A DNA stretch of 64,000 bases, taken from assembly GCA_036172245.1 (NCBI GenBank), contig JAYWIR010000010.1:620001-684000 (forward strand), given 5' to 3'. A program made the translations under genes and the position numbers. The notes beneath the pieces were generated by a model. It was not told the DNA's origin. It saw only the letters and a list, made by a program, of their open reading frames with translations, and made no database searches. Numbering within the stretch: the first letter of the stretch is position 1; each line of letters begins with the position of its first letter. This document shows, piece after piece, positions 24,361-38,100 of the stretch. The DNA comes from Raillietiella orientalis (lineage: Eukaryota).

Positions 24361-25312
24361 TGTCCAGAGTGGAACGAATGATCTCTGATCCTCGCGGTGT
24401 ACGCGAAAAGGGGAAAGTGAATAAATAATAATGACAAGTGGGTGTTCCATTACGAATCAGAGAAACGTCCTGCCGGAATCGTTTCCACTTCTTTGAGGGG
24501 CTGTTGAAATTCCTACAGAGCGGGCAACGAGCAGAGTTGCCCTTTCTGGGATGGACGACTTCTCGACCGACCGCGTGATCCCCCTGCAAGCGGCTCCTCG
24601 AATGTGTTCTCCTCTTCCCCATTCTACTAAATGTGTGTTTTTCTATTTTTTTTTAATTTTTTTTTTTTCTGTTACCCTGCTCCTCCTCGTCCTAGCTCGT
24701 CCCTGAAATCACGTTCACGAAATGGTTTCTCCCTCTTCAACCCGAAGTCGCATCCCGACGCTGCTGCATCGCATTCGTGTCTTTCCGGTGGACAGATACT
24801 CTGTTGCATTCTCTAAGATGTTTGGTGCCTGCTTTCTCGAGAGCGTTCCCGCGACCCATGGCAACGGCGTTTGCTACATCCGCGATGGCAGAACGTCGAT
24901 AATTAGCGTTGTTAGCGCGAGGCCAGTAATGTGTTGCCATGGGTGGAGGACGGCAGGCAGCTCGGGGAATCAAAGACGAGAAACCTTTGCCGGCGGAGGT
25001 CCTCTTTTCTTCAGAGCGCTTTCACTTTTTATCAAACGGGGGGGGGGGAGAGAGAAAGGAAAAGCACTCTGAGGCATGATGAACTCGCTCCGAATCTGTC
25101 ATCGCCTTGTCGCTGATGAGTTTCTAGAAACCAGAATTTGCTGCTTCGGGGCAGAGGAAAGCTGCCTCTCTCTCTCCCCACCCACCCACCCTCCTCCGGC
25201 CTATTACTGCAGTGAAATTTTCCAAATTTGGGAATTTATTCGAGTTTATTGCTTCCAGAATGCTTGCAGACAAGCTTTGGTACAAAGTTTCAGGAAATAG
25301 CCTCTCCCATTT

Positions 25313-26638
25313 CTAGAATGTCTGAGAGCGACCATCCTGACCGTACTTGATGAAGAAGACCTTCGGTGGTGCAGGCTTGGGCGTGCTGACCCGACTTATT
25401 TTGGGGACTTCGATCTTCTTGCGCGAGGGTTGCAGCACGTACACCACGGTGTGCACCTCGGGACCTGCGCTCACATCGGGCAAGGAGAGCTGGGGCGCGG
25501 CAGGAGAGGGGGCTTTGATGAAGAGGATCTTGTAGTGCTTCTCACGCCCTGCAGGCCCCTGTACTTTGATCACTTCCGGAGCCTCCTCGTCTTTGCCGAC
25601 GTATGCGAAGACGTGCTTGTGGATGTCGTCACCTCCTCTCAGTCCTGATCCTCCTCCAAGCTGCGAAGACTGGAACCGTTGCAGATTGACCAGACCTTGC
25701 TCGCCGCTATCTTTACTGGAGTCGGAGAACGGGAAGATGATTTCTGGAATGGGTTACATTGCTACACGCTGAAGAGCATCTATGGAACTCTTGATGTCGT
25801 TACCTGTCTTGGAAGGATCGTTCACAACTGCTGTCTCCGACAGTTGCTGCTCTTCGACGGCAAGATCGCTTTGGGAAGGCACCGCATCCCACTGGGGACC
25901 CTCAGCTAGTTGCTGACCCAGGAATCTCGAATAAGGGTAGTATAGTTGCTGGTTCAGATGCTGGGAGACAGCGCAGGACAGACCCACAGCAAGGATGCAG
26001 ATGATTTCCTGTAATGAAAGATTGCGGTTCATTCTTTCGAAGGTCTCCTCGGAAGCCGGTTTGACCTGAGCTCGCGGCTGTGCACTCGTACCCCCCACCC
26101 CCACTCCCCCAGCGACACCACCATCATCTGACAAGTATGCAGCGGACCAGAGAATAAACGGTGCCATGGAGGACTCGCATTCCGGAATTTCGTTCCTCGA
26201 ACGTCGGGCCGCAACTCCTTGATGACCAAGGAGCTATGACCTGACTAAGGACAATTAGGGATCCTTCCACGATGCTCCAATCATTTTGGGAAAGGGTGCC
26301 CACGAACCAAACGGGGAAACGGGGGAAAACTGGCCGCTTCTCAGGACAAGGGGGGAGGATCGTCAAGGATGTCCAGTCTGCTCTCCCACACACGCAACCA
26401 CCAAGAAAGCCTCAGCATCGCGGCCCTCGAGCGAAAGAAACGAGCGGCCCACGACGGCCTCGGCGCATCCGCGCTTCAGGACGTCCACAAAGCGAGGCTA
26501 CCGAGGGGCCCACTTGCGCTCGCTCGGCGGGGTCTCCGGGGGCAGCACAGCGGCTGAGCCAGAGGCCTCTGCACGCTTGGCCAGGGAAAAACCCCACAAG
26601 CATGGGAAAGATGAAGCATTTACCTTCACGATTGCCAT
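25313..26638 (-). CDS. Tweedle-family (DUF243) cuticular protein, 216 aa
   Basis: complement(join(25313-25743, 25804-26008, 26624-26638)), 651 nt, GT-AG introns, Kozak ccgccATGG. Signal peptide MAIVKEIICILAVGLSCAVSQ. Four Tweedle blocks: IHKHVFAYV, KHYKILFIKAP, HTVVYVL, PKVFFIKY. AATAAA on the minus strand at 25250-25245 and 25240-25235. Confidence 0.92.
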
Positions 26639-26692
26639 GGCGGGGAGACCCGAAGATCTTCTGGTGGTTGTGGTGGTGATGGTCCTGTGGCG

Positions 26693-26730
26693 AAGTGATG
26701 CCTCCTGCTAGTGTTTCGACTCCTTATATA
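26693..26730 (-). promoter_or_regulatory. TATA box plus Inr core promoter of the Tweedle gene
   Basis: TATATAAG at 26730-26723 and TCACTT at 26698-26693, about 32 nt apart and ~60 nt upstream of the ATG. Confidence 0.75.
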
Positions 26731-28477
26731 CTCTGCATCTATGCAAATGGCGGCCGTAATTTGTTTCCCATGCAGAGGAAAAAAGAAAAGAAAAAAGTGT
26801 TTGATGTTACCTTCAGACTTTGCTACATCGGAACTGAGGTCGGAATCCAATATAGACTAACGGGTGAATTATAACTTCCTTGGAAATCAAGGCTTAGTTT
26901 TATCTCATGGTCATCCTCCGCTGTAAATCAACGCGGAACGATGCTCTGCAAGAGTTTTTTTTTTTTTTTTTTCTATTCCTTCCTTTTTTCCTTTTTTTTC
27001 CCTCCCTGTCTTCGATTGTCTCCGGCTCTGGCTTTGATAGGGACGACAAGCGGTTCAAAGAGATCGGCGTGGCGCTTTGCGGAGGGAGGCCCAAAGCGAC
27101 GGCGGCAGAAGTGGCTGAGGGTGCGTACGGCATCGACCGCTCCGGCCGTAGGGATCCGCCGGCGGAGGATGCGGAAAGCGGCATCTCCCTGCTGCTCCTC
27201 CCCTTCCCCGTTTCCGCCTCCCGAGAGGGGGACACACGCCCGTCGGGGGCTGTCGCGGAAGGTACGTCCGCCGTAGCTCAACCACACTCCACCTACGGCC
27301 CGCCAAGCTTCTGTGCGCGGCCCACATCATTGCATTAAGAATAGGCACGTAGCAGTTTATAGATCTGATTTATATAAAATAGTCGAAAAGCCGCGACGTC
27401 AAATGTTACACTAATTTTTTAAATAAACGCTCGGTTTCATTTAGATTTCGAGTTTTATTTTTTTAACGTGATTATATTATAATATATCACGTACTATACA
27501 CAGCCCGCTTAGTGTTGCAAACGTATTATGCATGTGGCCCGAGAAGAAGAAAGGTTGAGCATCTACCTGTTGCGTAGGTCGCTGCTCTCGGCTTCCCGCG
27601 CCAGGGAGAGCGTGCCGCGGGAGCCTGCGCAAGCGCCAGATGCGAGCCGCTGCAAGTGGTACTGCTCTTCTCCGGCACCGCGAAGGCACCGGGAAGAGCA
27701 GGGACTTTGCAAGGCGGCACCTCCCGGGACGAATACGCTCCCTCCCTCCCTCTCTCATCTCGTGGCCCCGCATGTTTCGGTCTCGTGGACTCCATGGGGA
27801 AGAGGCGTTCGCCTCCGAACCGTCCCTAATCGCCTTACTGCTCATCCGCTCTCGGAGGAAGATGGTTGGCAGCCTTCGGGGGCTCGTACCGTACCTTCTT
27901 CCGAGGTGGATCCTCTTCCATCTGGGCGGGCTGGAGATGTCAGATGCCACCGCCACGGTCTCGGGCCCGATGTCCTCCGGAGCCTTGGTCGGCTGGCGTT
28001 TCGAAATCTGGTAAACACAGGTCGGGCAACCATTAAGACTGCATTCAAGACTTTCCACGCCTCGCCAACGCCCCCCATCTCCGAAAAGAAGGCAAAGGCA
28101 TTTCATCCGACCGTCTTTCTCTCGACGAAAAAAAGTAGGTCCTTGTCCGTCTCCGTGACGACGGACCGACAGCATGGTTCGTCGTTTCCCGCCTCGGAGC
28201 GCGTGGGGGGCAAAATGCGGCTGCCGGTTCGCATCCGCTGACTTGCGTTTCCCTCCGGGCCGGAACTCCCGATCGCGCATCGCACGCGGTGAAGCGGTCC
28301 ACCGACCGGCCCTTGGTCCTCTCCCCTTTGCTCAGAAAAAGAAAAAGGAGAGGGAGAGGGGTAGAAAGGTAGCCGTCTCCGCCTCTCTCGCGTCTTCTGC
28401 AGGCCCGTCTTCCGATTCTCCGGTCCCATCCGCGAGTGCCAGTTTCTGGCGCCTCCTCCCTTGGAAAAGCCCGCATT

Positions 28478-28545
28478 CGGAGGTTTTGTGGTTAAGGCTT
28501 CCGCGCGTGGCACCGTGCGTCGCGGGTTCGAATACTTCGGCAGAA
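28478..28545 (+). mobile_element. Possible tRNA-derived SINE head
   Basis: A-box-like gtggttaagg followed ~30 nt later by B-box-like gggttcgaatac. No complete cloverleaf. Confidence 0.35.
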
Positions 28546-28679
28546 ACTCTGACGCCACTGCGTCGTTGGGTTCCTCCTGCAAGATGGCGCTGGTTGGCCG
28601 AGACATTCGGGCGTGGCACCGGCGCGGTGGATTAAGCCGGGAGGCCCCTGATGAAGGCCGGAACAATGGGAGTCGATTT

Positions 28680-29200
28680 TCGGGTCCTTCCAGGAATCAA
28701 GGAGTGGGGAGTTCCCCCTCCTGTCGTACAACGGAGAGCGGACCCTCCTCACCGGGGGACCCCTCCGGTTTCAAGATGGAGCAGCAGCTCTCACGGGCAC
28801 CTCTCCAGTGGTTCAAAGGAGCGGACCCTCCTCTGTTGCGGGGGTCTCTCTGAGTCACCATCTCTCCAGAAGAGTGCACAAGGAAGCAAGCGAGAGCGAT
28901 TCCCTGCGGGAAGCTGCAGCGCCCCTTCTGAGTTTCGGAAGCGCCCCTTCGGGGTTCTCTTCAGAGGAGTGAACAGAAGCGGTTCCCTTGCGGGTTCCCT
29001 ACGGAGAAGAAATTTCTATTAGCATATCCTTTCCGGGTTCCCTTCGGAGAAGATGAAATGGAGAGGACCCTCCCCCATTAGGGGGGTGTCCCTCCGGAGA
29101 GAACGAGGAAGGAGATTTCCTTTGGAAACAACCAGGGTGGGAGGTGCGATCCTCCCCGGATGTGGGGATCCCTCCCCAAGCGTGAGAGGAACGGACTCCG
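28680..29200. repeat. Dispersed repeat family; partial copy at 32020-32150, inverted copy at 52440-52860
   Basis: Shared blocks ttcggggttctcttc, cccttgc.ggttccct.cggagaagaa, cctccggagagaac.aggaag, aagcgtgagaggaacg.actcc, and ggtc.ttccagg.atcaaggagt. Confidence 0.85.
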
Positions 29201-32200
29201 AGCACTTCCTGGATTGCTCTTTACAGATGAATCGTCGGAACAGTGGTCAAGTCTGTTGTAAGAGTACTCCCTTGGAAACGCGTCGGCTGCGGAACACCGA
29301 GTTCGGGTGTTCGTGAGTAGGCGATTTCCCAGCGGTGATCAGGAAGCGTTAAGTGCATCTTGAAATCCTTCACTGTCTCTAAGAACGTTTTTTTTTTTTT
29401 TTCTTTCCTGCGGACGGGAGGGGGAGGGGGGGAGCACTTTCCGCTTTGATTTTTTCGTTGGATGGTCATAACTCATGAAGCTTCAATGTCACTCCAAGTT
29501 CAAGCGCTAATTGCTGTTATTCAACTGATGGAGGCCCAATAAACTGAAATCTCGGTATGATGCTGGGCAGACGAAAGCCCGTTGGTCATCACATTTCTTT
29601 GGAGGATGTTTCTTTCTTTCTTTTTTTCCTTCCTTTTCGGCAGTTCCATCAGAACAGGAACCGCGCAATTTCGAACGGAAAGACATTTCGGGGGTCCGGA
29701 GAAAGAAACGAAAATTCACTTCCTCTCTTCTGCTTGCTCATTCCTCTGCGGCACCACGACGTTCCGGCTGCTACGCGTTTTCCTTCCGGCAAGTCAGGGA
29801 CCTGAAGATTCTAAGGACACGGATGTTTTGAACCCACCCTCTCTTCCGCGGCGGCAACTGCCGCTCTGTTGCGATTGTTTTTCTCTCTTTTTCTTCTTCG
29901 TCTCCTTTCCGTGCGGAGAAAAGAGTTTTCTGACAAAGGAAGAGGCATCTCTGCTGGCGATGAAAAATCGCCTGCTCCTGAGAGAGGATCGAAGATTCAA
30001 ATCCGATGCCAATCGCTTTTTTCCATCCGCCCGTGACGGTTCCTCGGCGTCCGCGTCTCCTTTCAAAGAGAGCTCGGTCGGTGTAGAAACCTCCGAAGCA
30101 CTCACTCCTGTGGGAAGCGGCACCTTTTGGTGGCTCTTCCCCATCGTGCCGTGGCTGCTGCTGCTGGCCAACAGCTGGATTGCGGGACGCGGAGTCCAAG
30201 AGATCGCCATTTCGGCGTCCCTTCCCTGAAAAAAGTGGGAGTGGACAATGTCTCCGCTCCGCGCGACCGTCCCGTGGAGCACCCACGTTCAGCGTTCTTC
30301 GTCCGCGTTCGCCTCCTCCAATGTGCCTGGACCAGAACCGACTCCCTCCCCGGCCCGGGCGTAGAAAGCCCTGCGCGGGATTTCGAGGAGTCCTGCAAGA
30401 AAGACATAAGAAAGCGATCCTTTGGTCAGCTGATCCAGATATTCGCTTGGACGACACGCGGGGCGACGCACAGGGCAGCACACGCGGAAGAGAAGGAAAA
30501 AGGAGCCGTAGGAATCGAAAGTTGCCTGTCCACACAAACCTTCAGGTTCGCTCTCCCCCACCTCCCCTTCTCGAGCTGTCTCTCCATCTCACCAAAAAGA
30601 GGGCGAAATATAAAAAGTCGTAAAGGCCAACAACCACAGGCAGCTTTTTTGGAGAATCGTTCCGATCGGCATCAGCTATTGGGCGTCGGGCGACTCTTCG
30701 GAGCACGCCCTTGGAAAGCCGCTTCAGCGCGCGAGACGCACGAGGGAGGGAAGGTGAGCACGCCATTTCCTCCTGTGAAGGTGACCAGCCTTTGGCTGGT
30801 GGAGGAACTTGCCTCGCGGGATGAGCATCAGGAATCCGCCCCATCGATTTCCCCCGCGGAGAGTTGGGTTCCGCGGAACACGCGGAAAGGAAGATCGAGC
30901 CGAGCAGGGCGGCGCCGCGCCAGGGGATCGCCGCCCTGGGCTTCTTCCTTCGTCCCGCAGCCGACAGTGGCGCGGCGGCGTGTGGGGAGCGCCTTGGAAT
31001 CCTCTGCTTCCAGCTTCCCCCTTTCACTCTCTGTGCCTCCGCATCATCTTTTCGGAACGAGAAGGAAACTCTACAGTGACCAGGGAATCACTCTATTATT
31101 TGCTGCCCTTGGGCTCGCCATCATCGGTTTACGTTTTTTTTTTTTTTTTTTTTTTGGGGGGGGGTGCATCTTTGAAAAATGGAAGATGCTGAAATACGGA
31201 CCATACTCTTTCACGAATAAAGCATTTGGTTTTTTTTTTGCCACTGCTGCATCTTTATGCATGTGTTTACTTCCCAACAGAAGCTGTTCGACCTTGCCGT
31301 CATTAATCGAGCATTCTTCATGAAGAATACTCCTTAATTCACAGAGATGACTCTCGTAATTTACGTTTCCCTGCCAAAAAGGCGTCTCTATACTTCGTGG
31401 CTCGAAACCCCTCCGGAGCGAACCGCTGAGATCAAAACCAGCATGGCGGCCTCATCTTCCATCTGAAAACAGCTCCCTGGTTCGTTTCGATAAGTGGGAA
31501 GGAAGAACAAAAACAAAAAAAGCAAAATAGAGAGTCGCTCTTCCCTACTTTTCAGATATTCATCGGGATGCCAGTACATTCCATTCCGTTGAAGACGATG
31601 TGATCCTCACGTTGGATTCGGTCCTGCCCACCTCGCATAAAGCTTCTCCCATCCCACACTTCGTTCCTCGCCTGTCGTCCTTGACGCCTTCAGCGGAAAA
31701 AAAAGAAAGAAAGGAAGGAAGAAAATCTCGCCGATGATAAGAATGCTTCTACAATGCCATTTCGGTTACGAGGAAAGCACGGGCCGCCGATTGGTCATCG
31801 AACAAAATGGAACTTCTTTTCGGAGCGTGATGTGGAACCTTCGAAACTGCTTAAAAACGACCGGCATCTTCGAGTTGGCCCGCGCTGGCGGTCATGAGGC
31901 TGCAGCTGCCCTCCGCGCGCGCGGCACCGCGCGCGTCGCGGATCCCCACGTGGAGGATCGGCGCCGAGAACGGAGAATGCGTCGTGGGTTTCAAGTCCCC
32001 CCTCCCCGCCGCAGGATGGCGTCCATTCGGGGCTCTCTTCGTAGGAATAACAAGAAGCAGTTCCTTTGCCCGGGGTCCCTCTGGGGAGAATAGGGAAGCG
32101 GTTCCCTCCCATGCGTGAGAGGAAAGGACTCCTTCCTCCGGAGCCCTTTCTGGGTTCACAGGGTGGTCTCCTCCCGGGGTCACCCCTCCCGTAACCTGAA

Positions 32201-33130
32201 GGGTCAACACGCACCCCTGGGTGGCGCGCGGACAGCGCCAAAGAGCTCCGTGAACCCACAGGCGGAAGGTTCCTCAGCACTTGGCGAACCCCCTCCCAAA
32301 AAGAAAAAGAAAACCAGCATCTTCTAACGAATGGATGCTTTTCGCTTCATCTCTCAGAGCTGGGTTCCGATCGGGAACCTGGACCATCTGTGGAAGAGTC
32401 ACGATTCCGACGTCACGGTGTTCAAAGTGATCGTCACCGGTTCTTGAACGCTCTGCTCGATCCATCACTGATTCCAGCTTTGAAACGCATTCTTGGAAAC
32501 CAGCATATGTTGGAACACCCTGAGGGCGAAGCGATGCCCTGGAATTTCACCTGGTCTTGTGCTTGGCAGCATTCTTTTCCTGACCGCCAGCTTTGTGCTT
32601 TCGATAAGAAGATCTACCAATCGCCCGTGGTGGTCGCGAGCAGCTTCGTTCGTGAGGGTTTGGGTTTTCCAGCAGTCCCCAGCAGTAGGGAGGGGCACGG
32701 TCTGCGGGTTTCAGGCGTGGCGATGTGGACGACCCCTTGTTGCCGTCGTTGCAGCTTTGATACGCGAATGACGTAAGCCTCCACGACCACATCTCTGCCG
32801 CTGACCACCTCTGGTCGCTCCCGAGCCCTTTTCAGAGGAGCGTTGGGTCTCCACGTGATTCGAATTCCAACGTGCGTGGCAACAACAGCTCGAGTGGTTC
32901 CAGGGACTGCAGAGGCGGAATTTTTCAGGGGGGGAACCCCTTTTCAGTGGCAGCACTCAGTCATCCTATTTTGACGGTCGTTATGGAGCTACATCACCGA
33001 GTCGTTTGAAGTATCCGGAAGAGAGACGAAAGAGAAGCTGGAGAGTGGATTCTCAAAGACTCGGCAGTCAAAGAGAGTCGGAGGAGGGAAGAAGAGTTTC
33101 CACTGGCAGATGCAGCAGGATCGCCTATGG

Positions 33131-33390
33131 GAGCGTTTCCCAAACTGTGTTTTCCGCGGAACACCAGTGTTCCGCGGAAAGCCAATAAGTGTTCCGTGAA
33201 AAATTACGAAAACTTCGCATAATTAAAATTTGAGAGTGAATGCTTTTTTTGTTTTCTGAACTCTTATATTTACTTGCCTAATTTATTTATTGTTAATTTC
33301 TACCTGCCCTATAAAGCAATTAAGGTGTTCCGTTGAAATTTCAGGATATTTGTGAAGTGTTCCTTCATGGGAAAAGTTTAGGGAACGCTG
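33131..33390. mobile_element. hAT (Buster/Charlie-type) MITE, 260 bp
   Basis: Imperfect TIRs gagcgtttcccaaact and (reverse complement) cagcgttccctaaact. Subterminal ttccgcggaa palindromes. 8-bp TSD gcctatgg (33123-33130) / gcctacgg (33391-33398) with central TA. Confidence 0.88.
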
Positions 33391-35019
33391 GCCTACGGGC
33401 TTGAAGTCACACAAGAGTCACACAAGACCACGCTGAAGTAAAGAGAGTCAAAAGCAAAAAACAAAAAAAAACAAACAAATAAATCGGCTGAAATTAGGAA
33501 GATTGATAGATAGGAAGAAATGAGGAAAATCTCGTCGGCGGAGGTTTCAAGAGTCCGGAAAACCGGGAGCGTGTGGATGTGGGGGGTTTCCATCCCAATG
33601 CGACTTTATGGAAGGAGACTCTTCGAAACTCTTTCGATCTGAAGATCTTCTGAAAATGGGGTGGGCTTCGAAGTCTTCGTCCTAACAGGGATGATCTCAG
33701 GGTCGAGAACACTCTGGGGATCCACACCTAAAGGATTGAGTGAACCGGAAAGCATCTCGATCAGCGCTTCAGGAGCATGGCAGTGGGTTTCAGGATTGGG
33801 AGAGAACAGGAGAGACACGGCGACGGCGAATGGACATCGCAAGAAACAATTTCGTGTTGTGAACCCGACGTGTAGGAAAGTGCCCAAAGGACACCCTTGG
33901 GCTGATCACGTTTGGGAAGACCTAGGAAAGTTGCGAATGCAAAGCACTGCACGGTCCAAGTGGAGATCTCCAAGCGGGCCGTGCGGTGACGCGAGCACAG
34001 CCAACCAAGAAAAAAGCGAGCACCTTAACCTTTGACGTGGGATCGTGCAAGAAGATGGAACAAGCAATGCGGGTTTCGGGTGATCCAGACCGTCGAAATT
34101 CCTCATTTCAGGGGGAATCTGCACTCCGAGAGGGAACAGTCCCACCGCGGATAAGATCGTCTCGAAACGAAACGAAAGATAAAAAAGGGAAGGAGCCGAA
34201 AGTTCTCTTTGGTGACGATGTGATGACCCCGGGAAAATTCCTTTCTGATCCACGTGGCATGATATTTTCGGGCGACTCGTCCGTAATGATGGAAATACTC
34301 TGGAATACGACGGTAATGATCATCATCAAGTGGCTTGGCCGTAAGCCAGGAATCGCATCTTCATCTTGCAAGTCCCGCAGGTTTCTCAGAACGGCCTGCA
34401 CAGTTGCAAGATGAGATGCAAGGCCTGAGCGGTTGATCTTCTGCTTTGCCGAGTCTTCTTCGTCCCCAAGCGTGAAGCCCTGAGCATGAATAAACGGAAA
34501 TCTGCAACGAGCACTCGAGTTCCAGACGGAGCAGACAGAAGAAAGGGTTGAAACAAGAAACCGCTTTGGATTGGAATCCAACCTACTCAGAACGCTATCC
34601 ATCATCCCGAAGTGTGAAATCGAACGCACAGCCACTTCTACCACTTTTGTTAAACATTCCAGCCGCCTCTTTCCCCTCCTCAGCTCCCTTCGCTGCTGCC
34701 TGTTTCAGTGCAGCGTTCATTCTGTCACCCAGGGACGGGGATGCTCCTCCACGGAAAGATTCAATTACCTGGAGCCGAAATTAGGAAGTTCTCAGAAATC
34801 GACGGAGCCTCACTGAGAGGAGCCGACTTTGATCCAAGGCAACGCGAGATGCGGGAAACCACGTGCCCGGCCGTCGTGACGATGCGTGGAAAAAATTCAA
34901 AACATGGACACCTGTTGGAAGACCTGGATGTCCACCTGGAAATGGAATAGTGGGTGCTGGTGGTGGATCTCGATGCTCCTGATGATGCTCTTGCTCGTTG
35001 CTGCCTCGTGTGCCTTTTA

Positions 35020-35125
35020 CTGCCATGTGCGTTGCCCCTCACGTGGCAAAATGATCCGAATTTCCAAAACGCTTCTTCTACAGACTTTCTCTTCCGCTCC
35101 TGAATCAATTAAAACAGCGTCTTTC
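35020..35125 (-). mobile_element. Possible LTR-retrotransposon aspartic protease remnant
   Basis: Minus frame MKDAVLIDSGAEEKVCRRSVLE has the DSGA catalytic motif; surrounding sequence is degenerate. Confidence 0.4.
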
Positions 35126-38100
35126 ATTTATTCGAAGCTTTCCGATGCATCTACATTTGAAAGGTGCTGTGAGATCTGAAGTGCCTTCGGATTCTACGTC
35201 AGTTATCTATAGCAGAATTGCTGCTGACAGTTATCTCATGTTTTTTTTTTTTTTTTTATATACTGTGGGATCTGTCGAAATATTGACTGTACAGTGATAA
35301 CGGAGATGATGTAAGCGATTAACCTTTTCCTCTTTTCGTTCTGATAAAATCTGTTAGAAGGCAAAGGAAAAAATAGTTCCGTTCCGAGGAACTCTATTTC
35401 GAAGTGCTTCTTCACCTGCGGGCACATCAGTTTTAAATAAACACTTCAGTTATTCTCTGGAAAAACAAATTCTGTTGAAGTTGCTGCTCGCCAAATAATT
35501 TCGCTCTCCCTCCCTCTCTTAGCAGTTGCCGTTCGCCATTTTCTGTTCCACTCCATTTGTTACCACTTCGGTCTTCAGATTAAGACCATCAGCAGCAGTT
35601 TTCCCTGTTCTGACCATTCGTTTCCTTTTGTGTGTGTACTACAATGTATACGTCTTTCGTTCATTTCAGGCTGAATCGTGTCTCCGTACCTTTTATGCCT
35701 CTTAAATTCCTGAATGCTGATACTCGTTGTAGTGTATTTGAACTTGAAACTCTTTTTGAAAAGGCTGAAAAGAAGAAAAGAAAAAAAAAAAAGAGAGAGA
35801 AAGAAGCAACTACTCTGAGTTTAGAATGAAAAAAGAAAAAAAGTAGATCCTGACAAACCCTTCACACCACTAAGATATGCCATAAATAAGGATGGGGGGG
35901 AGGGGAGAGGGGAAAGCTGTAAACGAGTGGGATTCAGGAGAGTTGTTAGGCATAAAAACAGATGGATGAAACAAATTAATTTTTAACGGCACAATTAACC
36001 GAAATCTTATTCAAGTATAGCAATGATGAAGTGTGAAGAGGAATGTGTGGGAACCGAAGCCTTGAAAGCGGAACGAATATGGCAGGATCTTCCGGATAAT
36101 CAGCTGCATCGAGCAACACTTTACACTGAACCTCTCTGGAACACCAATTGCATGTTAAGAGTCCGACCAAACCGTGGTGCAAGTTGGGGCCAGACTGAAG
36201 GATCTGAAAGTGGAGGTCCAGCCTTCTCGGTATGCTGCATGATGTCTTTCCCAGTGCCCCCGCACAGAACAAAATATCGAGCGATTTAATTGCATGCCTT
36301 TAAGAATATTTCATAAAACAAAAACTTTCTCTGGCTTGCACGGTCCAGATATCGGCTGAAACGCAGGCTCAAGAATTCCATCTTGGTCTCCATGTTTCGT
36401 TAACAGTAAGTAAATCAGAATTGCCGAATACTTTGAATTTTGTGCGGAGAGTAGTACGAAGAATAGTAAGAAGCATCCGAGTGCCATCTGTCAATCGAAA
36501 AAGATCAATCAGGTTATTCTTTAAGGGGCAAGTTGGTATTGGAAGATACGACCACGGGAAACGAAAAAGAATTAGCGAGGGAATAGGTTTTAGCGGCAAA
36601 AACGATCCATTCCACACATTACAAACTTGACAAAATAGTCTATTCCGGCTTGATCTTCGCACTTCAGATGGAGAACCTCGCAACCGAAAAAGGACATTGG
36701 ATGAATCTCTGCATTCGTTGGTAACTGGGAGAACGGTTCCTGACACCCTGGCTGGGACAGGAAGACTGGGGACCGTCGTGTGCAGGAGCACGGCAGTAGG
36801 CACGCGAAACTTTCGGAACCGATGGGAGACGGGATGTGATGGGAAATCCCTCATCGCTCACATTTGCAAAATCACGCTATTTTCATTTGCATTATTACAT
36901 GCTTTCCTTATTCTTACTTATCGTTTCATGTTTTTGTCTACTGCAGCTCATTTTCTTTTCTGCTTTCCGCCCCTCCATGTGCTCGTCCCTAATTTGAAAA
37001 ATTTCCAGGCCAGAGGTAAATTTTTTTGCAAAGTCCTCAGTCTGCCCTGAAATTGTTCGTTATAACTTTTTGGCTTTTGGTTTCGATATCTGTTGGCGCG
37101 TTTATTTTTCCTCCGCACCACATTGAGGATTTTGCCTTGCCTTGTCTGTTGCAAAGACCTCGGTTTGTATTTTGTTTCACTTCATTTTTTCTCGATTTTC
37201 AGTTTGATGTCTGGGTTTTCCCTAAGTGCCACCGAAAAGCCTCACGAGTCTATGGACAAGTATTAATTTTCCCGGCCTCTGCCAGGATGTTTTGTAATGC
37301 TTACAGAATTATATTTTTTTTTCTTCTTTTTTTCAATGACGCTTACCGTTCGTGTGCAGCAATGGTGACAAAGCGCGTTCGTAGGAAACTGAGGCACGGT
37401 GTGTTTCTTTTCGTTTCGTTTGCACACACACTTCCAGACAGTTCGTTTCTGGTTCATGATCGCGTAGAAATCTCCAGAATTTCGATCGTGGTGATGACTT
37501 CCTCCCGCTTTAAGTCGGAGTACTCTTGGAAACGTCTGTTCCCTTTCTCAATGCAGATTTCGTCTGCTCGCAGGTACTTCCAGTCTTTCCTTTTCTCGGA
37601 CGCCATGCTTAACGACACAGGGAAAGTTTACTGGTGCCCTCCCCCCCCGGTCCTGGCGCTTTTTCTTTTGGGCAGTCGCTGAAGGGTATTCTCGATGATC
37701 TTGCACTGTTGAATTCATGAGCCTCCTCGATCGTAGTGCCCTTCCATCGTATTCGGGTTCGACCAGCACAGTGGGTCCTTTCCTGGCGATCCCACCTTCG
37801 TTGATCTCGGGTTTATGGACGTCCCTCAGACAACTGCGCTTTTGTTCGGCTTCAGGTTCTCAACGTAAAATAATTCCAGGAAGACGAGCTCACACTTCAG
37901 CTCGGCAGATATGGGTGGGGGGATTTCCGTTCTTTTTTTTTTTTCCTTTCCCCCACCCGCCTCCCCTGGAGAAACGCGCTTACCGATGCCACACCGTCCG
38001 TGGTTTTTTGATCTTCACGGCGAAAGTGCCGATGTCGGTCCATTTGCGAAGAGTCTGAGAACCCTTCCTACGAGCCACGGGCCTGTCGTTCGCTGTGGTT

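Noticed and set aside
26907..27338. Second cuticle gene (PHSTYGPP motif) divergent from Tweedle
   Set aside because: The ORF runs through a poly-T tract with no consistent splice model; the opposite strand looks like a decayed LINE zf-RVT scrap.
28478..28560. Functional tRNA gene
   Set aside because: It has A/B-box-like motifs but no acceptor or anticodon stems; kept only as a possible SINE head.
35976..37880. Additional protein-coding gene upstream of MAEA
   Set aside because: Short ORFs on both strands without a recognisable domain or spliceable chain; weak RT-like remnants suggest TE debris.
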